The notes beneath the pieces were generated by a model that was not told the DNA's origin, did not search any database, and was given only the letters and a program-made list of their open reading frames with translations. From contig NW_005434603.1 in assembly GCF_000315625.1 (NCBI RefSeq), positions 404,475-442,853 on the forward strand: a DNA stretch of 38,379 bases, read 5' to 3'. Shown here one piece after another: positions 1 to 9,204 of this stretch (positions are counted from its first letter, which is position 1; each line of letters starts with the position of its first letter). The stretch is from Guillardia theta CCMP2712 (Eukaryota; Protista; Cryptophyta). The translations under genes were made by a program, and so were the position numbers.

Positions 1-13
1 CTAGTGGAGATAT

Positions 14-262
14 AGGATTTACTGGCAGAAGAGAAAAAGTGCCTCAAGCAAAACAAAGCTGGAACAAGCTGAACCGGCAGGTACACAGTCCACAGCGAGA
101 AGCTGCACAATCACACACAAAACACAAGCCCGAAAAGAACCAGCACTGCTGGCACCCAGACGCGGCAGCGCCAGCCCAAGCGCGAAGCCGCGCAGACAAG
201 CAGCCTAAGGGTCAAGCAATCAAGCAACAAGCAGCAGGAGCATGCAGGAGGAATAAAATCCC
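14..262 (-). repeat. Putative 3' UTR of the retrotransposon (~250 nt, GU/U-rich on the sense strand)
   Basis: Follows the TAA at 263-265 that ends ..SAASGYRV. Full or partial copies at 2781-2845, 2918-3390, 3862-4108, 4721-4795, 5091-5263, ~7115-7400 (inverted) and 7757-7860. Confidence 0.75.
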
Positions 263-1127
263 TTACACGCGATACCCGGAGGCAGCCGACTGACCACTGT
301 CAGTCGAGACGTCCGCTGCCGCCACAAAGCGGGCGGCCGCGGACGGAGAAAGGGCAGCCGCCGACAAGGAGCCGGCGTTGCCCGGGGGTCCGCCTGGGGC
401 AGCGGACGGAGGGAGGCTGGACACATGAACACGGTACCGCTCGAGGTAGTCCTCCTCGCTAGCCTCCGAGTCAGCGGTAGCCAAGTCAGTGGTAGCCGCC
501 CGTGACGGCGGCGACGCCGCAGCAATGCCCAAGGACCGGCGTGACCCGGCGACCGATGCCGGGGAGGAAGCAGGCGAGCTCGGACCAGCAGCAAGCACCC
601 CAGTGGTGTCGAGCTCTCCGGAGGCACCCGACGTCACAGTGAGGGACGGAGACGCTTCGCCAGCTCCGCGCCGATCGTCGGGGCAATCACGCTCAGGAAA
701 ATGAGCGAAGATGGTAGACTGCAAGACCCTATCCTGCGACTTGAGCGAGTGTGGATTACAGTGTGTCCTGCGGCTGTGCAAGGTGAGGATATCACGCTGC
801 TGATCGGTCAGCGCAGCGCGAGCATGCACATGTCGAGGGAAGACGCGCATTACAAGAGGAGTCACATTTCGCTGCGCAGGGGGAGGAATGAAGTGCTCAT
901 GAGACGAGTCGACGAGAGCGCGCAAACCAGGGATGTGTACCACAGATGCCGGGGGGCGTCCTGCGTCATCAGGCACAGCAGCCGGGGCAGGTGGGATCGC
1001 CGCGCCATCTGCAGCCGGTGCAGGAGCCTTGACACGACGGTAGAGGATCGCTCCAGCATTATGAACGAAGTCGTGCGCTTCAACGAAGAAGGGTCGCCAG
1101 AGGATGCTTCTGGGCACGGAGAGATCT

Positions 1128-2778
1128 CTACAAGTGAACGTCCAGGCTATGAGGAGAGGGCAACATCCGGGACATCGGCTGGTCAGAGTACCAAGCGAGG
1201 AAGCGAGCGATAGCCGTATAGTAAACAGCGGGGTGTAGACCCTCAGAGGGCGTGAACTCGTCCCCTCCCCGACTATGCGGAAGCTCCCGCTTGAACCTCG
1301 CAAACTCTAGCAGGTCGGGATGCGCGGCAAGGTACTGCGAGGAAGGCCAGCGGTGGTATTTCTCAAGCGCCAGGTGGACAGAGAGGTCAAAGCGACGAAT
1401 CTGTGATTGGACCCGCGGGAGAAACGGAGAAGACCCCTGGAGGAAGAAGCGCAGCTTCTGGAGATGGCTCGCCCTCACCAGCGTCTTGAACATGAAGCCA
1501 TGCTGGACGAGCCCGAGCTTCGAGAGCTCTTCGTTGAGGGTAGAAACCTTCGCTCGGAGCTGACTAGCATGAAATCCATCCGTGCCGATAGGCAGGCCGC
1601 CAAGTGTAATCCCGCCAGTGCCACCTCGAAGTGAAGAAGTTGAGTCTTGAGACGGCGCTTAAGGCTCTTCTTCAGCTGCGAGAGATCAGGGTGTTGATGC
1701 CAGGAGGGGATGTAAACTTTCGACTCGCGAGGTTGAATCTCTAGCTTCAGATCAGCGAACATGTACTTCTTCATAGCGGACGTAGCTGCAACGGCATCCT
1801 CGAGTGGACCGACAAGCACGACGTTGTCAGCATAGGCCAAGACTCGAACAGAGGGAAAAAGCTCTGCGATATGGAGGAGCAGGGGGTGGATACTGTGGCA
1901 GAAAAATACGCTGGAGGGGACATCGCCCTGACAGACGCCCGAGGTACACTGAACGGAGGCTGACTGACTTTTGTGAAAGAGTCGAAGGTCAGCAGAGTCT
2001 CCATAGTAGCTGGAGAGGTAGGAGGCGAACAAACGGAGATGCTCGCAAGAGGGCAAGCTTGCGCCTTCAGTGATGCTCCCATCAAAGTAGTCGCGACTCG
2101 CACGTCCCTCGATTGCGTCGAAGAGAGCCTGGCGGTCGAGGGAGTTGAAGGCGTTCTTTGCATCCAAACTCACCAGCACTGTGGGGTTGGCAACATCCTC
2201 ATCATCACCGCGAGCGTGAAGGGGCAGGAGCGCTGACGCGGTTTGCGAGAACTTCAGACAGCCGTCTCGATCGAGTCCGAACTGAATCGCTCGAGGGTGA
2301 GACGAGAGGAAGTGCTGGTCAAGAAATGAGCGAATCGCTGCCAAAGCAAGCTTCGTCGCGAGTCGACGGTGTGCAGAACCGATGACAATTGGCCGGAGAC
2401 CAGGTTTATCAGCTCCCTTGGAGAGGGGAATAAATCTGCCTCCTCGACGAATGGCTGACAGGGCAGGAATAAGAAGATCCGGCATCCGGCCAAGAAGGAC
2501 CCCTTGGAGGATATGTTTGCAGTAGAGCTTCAAAGCTGCAGGATGACTAGAAAGGGGTGACAGGTGTTGCCGAATCCTCCACCCTTGGTCATCGGTCCCC
2601 GCAAAGGAGCTGTAGCGCTTGATCGCCTGGATCAGGCTAGTGGTGTCGAGGATGTCAGTCAAATCCACCTGCAGTACTGCAAGCGCTTGCTGGGTGAGAT
2701 GATCCGCGGAAGCACTTCCAAAGGCAGGCGACGCACCATCAGGGAACTTCTCTTGTGCTTCAGCAAGAAGATCAGCGA
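1128..2778 (-). pseudogene. Reverse transcriptase and thumb domain of the retrotransposon, 5'-truncated and frameshifted
   Basis: Non-LTR RT motifs: PLSKG..LRPIVIG, RRLATK, QFG, SLDAKNAFNSLDR, GVCQGDVPSS and YADNVVL. After a frameshift near 1610 it reads ITLGGLPIGTD, then thumb LPHSRGG. The first ~12 aa of the listed ORF 1475-2812 come from a fused 3' UTR fragment. Confidence 0.9.
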
Positions 2779-5326
2779 CTAGCAGCCTAAGGGTCAGGCA
2801 ATCAAGCAACAAGCAGCAGGAGCATGCAGGAGGAATAAAATCCCTTAGACGCGATACCCGGAGGCAGCCGACTGACCACTGTCAGTCGAGGCGTCCGCTG
2901 CCGCCACAAAGCGGGCTATAGGATTTACTGGCAGAAGGTAAAAAGTGCCTCAAGCAAAACAAAGCAGGAACAAGCTGAACCGGCAGGCACACAGTCCACA
3001 GCGAGAAGCGGCACAAACACACACAAAACACAAGCCCGAAAAGAACCGAGTAGAGGATTTACTGGCAGAAGATAAAAAGTGCCTCAAGCAAGACAAAGCA
3101 GGAACAAGCTGAACCGGCAGGTACACAGTCCACAGCGAGAAGCTGCACAAACACACACAAAACACAAGCCCGAAAAGAACCAGCACTGCTGGCACCCAGA
3201 CAAAGCAGGAACAAGCTGAACCGGCAGGCACACAGTCCACAGCGAGAAGCTGCACAATCACACACAAAACACAAGCCCGAAAAGAACCAGCACTGCTGGC
3301 ACCCAGACGCGGCAGCGCCAGCCCAAGCGCGAAGCCGCGCAGACAAGCAGCCGAAGGGTCAAGCAATCAAGCAACAAGCAGCAGGAGCGGGCGGCCGCGG
3401 ACGGAGAAAGGGCAGACGCCGACAAGGAGCCGGCGCTGCCCGGGGGTCCGCCAGGGGCAGCGGACGGAGGGAGGCTGGACACATGAACACGGTACCGCTC
3501 GAGGTAGTCCTCCTCGCTAGCCTCCGAGTCAGCGGTAGCCGCTTGTTCCTGCTTTGTTTTGCTTGAGGCACTTTTCAGCAATGCCCAAGGACCGGCGTGA
3601 CCCGACCGATGCCGGGGAGGAAGCAGGCGAGCTCGGACCAGCAGCAAGCACCCCAGTGGTGTCGAGCTCTCCCGGAGGCACCCGACGTCACAGTGAGGGA
3701 CGGAGACGCCTCGCCAGCTCCGCGCCGATCGTCGGGGCCACGAGCTGTCCTCTGGCTCGAGAAGTGCTTGCGCCAGCAAGGGCGTCATGCGCCTGGCACC
3801 AGACAAGAGCGCCTCCAGCGTCAGCTGCATAGTGGAGGGTGTCAGGATGCAGGGCGGTCGAGGATTTACTGGCAGAAGATAAAAAGTGCCTCAAGCAAGA
3901 CAAAGCAGGAACAAGCTGAACCGGCAGGTACACAGTCCACAGCAAGAAGCTGCACAAACACACACAAAACACAAGCCCGAAAAGAACCAGCACTGCTGGC
4001 ACCCAGACGCGGCAGCGCCAGCCCAAGCGCGAAGCCGCGCAGACAAGCAGCTAAGGGTCAAGCAATCAAGCAACAAGCAGCAGGAGCATGCAGGAGGAAT
4101 AAAATCCCTTACACGCGATACCCGGAGGCAGCCGACTGACCACTGTCAGTCGAGACGTCCGCTGCCGCCACAAAGCGGGCGGCCGCGGACGGAGAAAGGG
4201 CAGCCGCCGACAAGGAGCCGGCGTTGCCCGGGGGTCCGCCTGGGGCAGCGGACGGAGGGAGGCTGGACACATGAACACGGTACCGCTCGAGGTAGTCCTC
4301 CTCGCTAGCCTCCGAGTCAGCGGTAGCCAAGTCAGTGGTAGCCGCCCGTGACGGCGGCGACGCCGCGGCAATGCCCAAGGACCGGCGTGACCCGGCGACC
4401 GATGCCGGGGAGGAAGCAGGCGAGCTCGGACCAGCAGCAAGCACCCCAGTGGTGTCGAGCTCTCCGGAGGCACCCGACGTCACAGTGAGGGACGGAGACG
4501 CTTCGCCAGCTCCGCGCCGATCGTCGGGGCCACTCGAAGGGTTTCCCCCATCGGAGTCGGAGACCTCCGGCGAAGACTCCCCCTCGGGCGACTCGACAAA
4601 GTCCGAGGAGGAGCTGTCCTCTGGCTCGAGAAGTGCTTGCGCCCGCAAGGGCGTCATGCGCCTCGGGATGATGTGCAGCAACGGAGGGATCGAGCGCGCG
4701 CTGACATCCATCACATTCCGCACAGACAAGCAGCCTAAGGGTCAGGCAATCAAGCAACAAGCAGCAGGAGCATGCAGGAGGAATAAAATCCCTTAAACGC
4801 GATAAGCCGGCGTTGCCCGGGGGTCCGCCTGGGGCAGCGGACGGAGGGAGGCTGGACACGGGAAACAATGGATGGGAACACGGCTGGAGTCCGATTTACT
4901 GGCAGAAGGTAAAAAGTGCCTCAAGCAAGGTACCGCTCGAGGTAGTCCTCCTCGCGGTAGCCCGAGACCAACACCGCCCGTGACGGCGGCGACGCCGAGG
5001 CAATGCCCAAGGACCGGCGTGACCCGACCGATGCCGGGAAGGAACTCGGAAGCAGGCGAGCTCGGACCAGCAGCAAGCACCCCAGTATATGGATTTACTG
5101 GCAGAAGGTAAAAGTGCCTCAAGCAAAACAAAGCAGGAACAAGCTAAACCTCCTGGCACACAGCGCACAGCGAGAAGCTGCACAAGCACACACAAAACAC
5201 AAGCCCGAGAAGAACCAGCACTGCTGGCACCCGGCAGACGCGGCAGCGCCAGCCCAAGCGCGAATGTGTGGTTCTGTACGGTACGTGCGCTTCCGGGCCC
5301 GGTGGTCCCGGGCCCCCACCCGAGTA

Positions 5327-5640
5327 CTAGACACGCCCATGCCCCACTGTATCGATGACGCTCTGAAGACCAGCTTCGTTCAGCATCGACCGAATCGTAC
5401 GAGTAAGGTTGTCATGCGCCGTGGGAAGCTTGGAGGATCGGCGTTTGCAGGTCTGGAGATGATGTGCAGCAACGGAGGGATCGAGCGCGCGCTGACATCC
5501 ATCACATTCCGTCGGACACTGGCAGATCGGCATGCCATGGAGATAGCAGTCGAGCATCTGAGCATAGCGGTGCGGGAAGGCCTTGAGGGGGTAGTAGCTC
5601 GAGACTCGCATCGGAGAGTGGCTCAGGTCACGCTCAGGAA
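5327..5640 (-). pseudogene. CCHC zinc knuckle and entry helix of a restriction-like endonuclease domain (fragment)
   Basis: ECDGCQRALDPSVAAHHLQTCK..AHDNLTRTIRSML matches the CxxC..H..C followed by (R)HD/N pattern that precedes the RLE in R2/CRE/NeSL elements. No PD-(D/E)xK core could be found. Confidence 0.75.
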
Positions 5641-6480
5641 AATGAGCGAAGATGGTAGACTGCAAGACCCTATCCTGCGACTTGAGCGAGTGTGTCCTGC
5701 GACTGTGCAAGGTGAGGATATCACGCTGCTGATCGGTCAGCGCAGCGCGAGCATGCACATGGCGAGGGAAGACGCGCATGACAAGAGGAGTCACATTTCG
5801 CTGCGCAGGCGGAGGAATGAAGTGCTCATGAGACGAGTCGACGAGAGCGCGCAAACCAGGGATGTGTACCACAGATGCCGGGGGGCGTCCTGCGTCATCA
5901 GGCACAGCAGCCGGGGCAGGTGGGATCGCCGCGCCATCTGCAGCCGGTGCAGGAGCCCTCACACGACGGTAGAGGATCGCTCCAGCATTATGAACGAAGT
6001 CGTGCGCCTCAACGAAGAAGGTCGCCAGAGGATGCTTCTGGGCACGGAGAGATCTCGAGCAGTGAACGTCCGATCCAGGCTATGAGGAGAGGGCAGCGTC
6101 CGGGACATCGGCTGGGCAGAGTACCAAGCGAGGAAGCGAGCGATAGCCGTTGGCGATTTATCAGTTCACAGCGGGTGACCTTCATCGGGCGGTACGGACA
6201 CTACTGAGCTCCGGCATCTACAAGGCTGAATCTTTCGCTGATCTTCTTGCTGAAGCACAAGAGAAGTTCAAGCACTTCTCGAGCCAGAGGACAGCTCCTC
6301 CTCGGACTTTGTCGAGTCGCCCGAGGAGGAGTCTTCGCTGGAGGTCTCCGACTCACTTCCGAGTCGAGTGGCGCCGACGACCGGCGCGGAGCTGGCGAGG
6401 CGTCTCCGTCCCTCCCCTACACCCGGCGCGTGCAGCCATGGTGCCTGAAATAACCGGCGCTGCCTGAAATAACCGGCGCT

Positions 6481-6546
6481 CCTAAACCCTACACCCTAAA
6501 CCCTAAACCCTAAACCCTAAACCCTAAACCCTAAACCCTAAACCCT
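6481..6546 (+). repeat. Internal telomeric tract (CCCTAAA)n, about 9 units with one CCCTACA variant
   Basis: Read directly: CCTAAA CCCTACA (CCCTAAA)x7 CCCT. Confidence 0.95.
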
Positions 6547-7090
6547 TGCTCCTTGCTCATCTCTCGCCTAAGGATCTATCTAAAGGGGTTCCCAACCTGG
6601 GGAGGTTTGCCGCCGTTGTCCTATAGGCCTCGTAGGCCTGGTTGCTTCCGTATTAGATGTTTTCAGTGCCAGTGTCTTCCGGGCCCGTCTCATGTCCGAT
6701 CCCGGTTCCCTTACTGTTTTTGCTTAGTGCCGTTTGCGCCTTCCTGCCCTCCCCCTCCCCCACATGTAGTCGCCTTCCGATGTTCTGTGGCCGGGCTGTA
6801 TCTTCTCCTGGCCTGGCTAGCCCTTCTCTTCTTCCCTTCATGTGCCCCATGCCCATGAGCCGCGGCTGCCCCCATCATGATGGAACTAGGTCATCTCTCT
6901 TCCCCTTCTTGCCGACCATAGCATTTGTTGCACCTCCAGCAGTGTGAAGGGAGCCGAGTCCAGCGATGCTTCAAACCATTCTATTGTTGGGTCCGAGGAT
7001 TTCAGTTTGTTTTCTTTTGTGTGGGGCTGCTCAAAGATAGCGATGTTCCCTTGGACTTTGAACTGCTGGCAACCAGAACTTAACCATCTT

Positions 7091-7490
7091 GGCTGCCTCC
7101 GGGTATTGCGTCTAAGGGACTCTTTTATTCCTCCTGCATGCTCCTGCTGCTTGTTGCTTGATTGCTTGACCCTTAGGCTGCTTGTCTCAGCCTGCGCGGC
7201 TTCCGAGCGGCGCTCAGGCTTGGGCTGGCAGCAGTGCTGGTTCTTTTCGGGCTTGTGTTTTGTGTGTGTTTGTGCAGCTTCTCGCTGTGCGCTCAGGCTG
7301 TGCCATACGGTGTGCAAGCCTGGCAGGTTTAGCTTGTTCCTGCCGAACGGTTTGTTTTGCTTGCGGCACTTTTTTCCTTCTGCCACTGGCAGTAAGACCA
7401 TATTCTGATCTTCGCTCATTTTCCTGAGCGGGACCTGAGCCACTCTCCGATGCGAGTCTCGAGCTACTATCCCCTCAAAGCCTCTGCAAA
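7091..7490 (+). mobile_element. Inverted-orientation, diverged fragments of the same retrotransposon (ORF end plus 3' UTR, then a FAHFPERDLSHSPMRVSSYYPLKA fragment)
   Basis: 7091-7390 is the reverse complement of ~15-286, and 7408-7482 is the reverse complement of ~5575-5655. Confidence 0.85.
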
Positions 7491-7756
7491 CGCCGATCGG
7501 ATACCGCCGTAGTACTCCCAACGGTGCATGCCAGACGGATCCTCGCCGGAGTCGGTCTCGACGTCCGATCCGATCCGAGATCAAGGGTCTGAGCGGATTG
7601 AAGCAGTACGAGACTAGTGTAGTTTTACGAGGGCTTGATGGCGGATGTGACGTTGTCGCGCTGCATATGCCATGACTCCTCCTCCTCGAGCGTTCATCCC
7701 TCAGGCTTGCCATCTCGACGGACGGTACTCTGCATCATGGCCTGACAATAATGCAG

Positions 7757-8017
7757 GAACACAGCGCACAGCGAGAAGCTGCACAAACACAAACAACAAA
7801 ACAAGACCAAAAGGGCCTGGTAACAAGCAGCAGGAGGGGACGTCCCGCAAATGAAGCCCCCTTAGACGCGATACCCGGAGTCATCCGACTGACCACTGTC
7901 AGTCCGGCGAGACGTACGGTCCGCCGCCGCCGCAAACAAGCCGCGGGCGAGCTCGGACCAGCAGCAAGCACTGGCCCCAGTGACCGGGTGTCGAGCTCTT
8001 CGGAGGCACCCGACGTC
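7757..8017 (-). mobile_element. Degraded retrotransposon 3' fragment
   Basis: Patchy matches to 85-125, 260-330 and 570-635. Confidence 0.75.
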
Positions 8018-9204
8018 CTTTACAGTCACTGGCCGTTTACTTTCAGACGGTCTTCTGTTTCCGACCGCCGCCGTGTGCGAAGCCTTTGTCGGAGCCGCGC
8101 GGCGTTTGTTGCTGTGTTCCGCACATCCCGGGCCTTTTGTTGCTGTGTGCCGATGCGCGGCTGCCCCGGCGCCACAATGATCCCGGCACAGCAGCCTGTT
8201 AAGCCTAGTACGCGACTGCTGTGCCGCAGTGCCATCTCCTCCCGAATGCACTGCGGCACTGCGGCAGTTCAAGTCGACGGGACGCCGGGGGCAGCGGCCC
8301 CGGCCAGTACGCGGCCACCTGGTCCACAGGCTTTCGGGTACAACGAGGTTTGAAGCGGCGGCCCGCGGGAGATCCAGGGCCCGGCCGTGTGCGGCACTCA
8401 CTGTTTGATGAGCCGGGCCGGGGCGGGCCGGGCAATCATTGATCGGAGCATGGTCGAAGTCAAGTTCATCTTCAAACCTTTACTTAACTTTCGCATGGTA
8501 CTAAACTCGTAAGAAAATAAATATTACCAACCCCTGATTTACAAGCCATACTAAAGTCAACAGAGGGGGTAGGGTAGTAAACTTAAGTAAAGTTGATACG
8601 ACTTGAGATTTTATCGTGGAGGGTCCTGCCAATTGTCGTTTGGCCTGAATATATATCAAAATTTCTTAGAAAATTTTAAATTATCAGGTCACAGTGAGAT
8701 CAAGTATAATGTATGGTTCCGATGGTGAAAATATCTCTACCTTCATTCGTGCGGCTGCGCACCATGGCTTGAAGTGTATCGAAAGAGCAGGAGCAAGGGA
8801 GAGGGAGAGGGAGAGGAGAGGAGAGGAGAGGAGACTTCTCTAGAGGGAAAGGGGGTGAGAGGAGAGGGGAGGTAATGAGATTTTTAAAGGGATGTGGATC
8901 TTATAAGATTAAGGGGGAGGTCAGGATTTGATTTCAATCTTGGCATAAGAACTAACTAGCTTAAGACATTCGTTTGAACTTGTCTGGTTGTACAACTGAC
9001 ATACTTGTTGTCAGTGCTTGAATCTTGAGCTGGCGCTTGATGGCTCCATTCCTTCTTCACAGCTGCTGCAGGCTGGATTCGTCTCACCGTCACCGCAGGC
9101 CGGATGTCTCCGCTTGCTCTTGATCATGACCATTGAAGACTGGAGAGCAAGAGTCTCACACACGCCGAAGGGAGTGGAAGGGAGTGGATGGGAGATGCTG
9201 TAGG

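Larger units (their letters stand above)
14..6150 (-). mobile_element. Head-to-tail array of fragmented CRE-clade-like (restriction-like endonuclease type) non-LTR retrotransposon copies
   Basis: The same 3' module (plus strand GGATTTACTGGCAGAAG..) restarts at ~15, 2921, 3055, 3862, 4893 and 5091. RT, thumb, CCHC knuckle and S/A/P-rich tail fragments all read on the minus strand. 686-1210 is near-identical to 5628-6150, and 15-684 to 3862-4530. Confidence 0.88.

Noticed and set aside
1475-2812. Telomerase, retron, group II intron or DGR reverse transcriptase
   Set aside because: The motifs (LRPI, DAKNAFNS, GxxQGD, LPIG, LPxxxGG) and the CCHC/AHD segment fit RLE-type non-LTR elements.
2918-5263. 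CRISPR-like or RT-associated repeat-spacer array
   Set aside because: Repeat lengths are irregular, the 'spacers' are other pieces of the same element, and there are no cas genes. The context is eukaryotic.
39-6085. Plus-strand ORFs such as 39-293, 701-1213 and 5003-6085
   Set aside because: They are antisense shadows of the retroelement in GC-rich sequence.
8355-8440. Hammerhead or HDV ribozyme at the array edge (TGATGAG in GC-rich stems)
   Set aside because: No CTGATGA..GAAA core or HDV pseudoknot could be built by eye.
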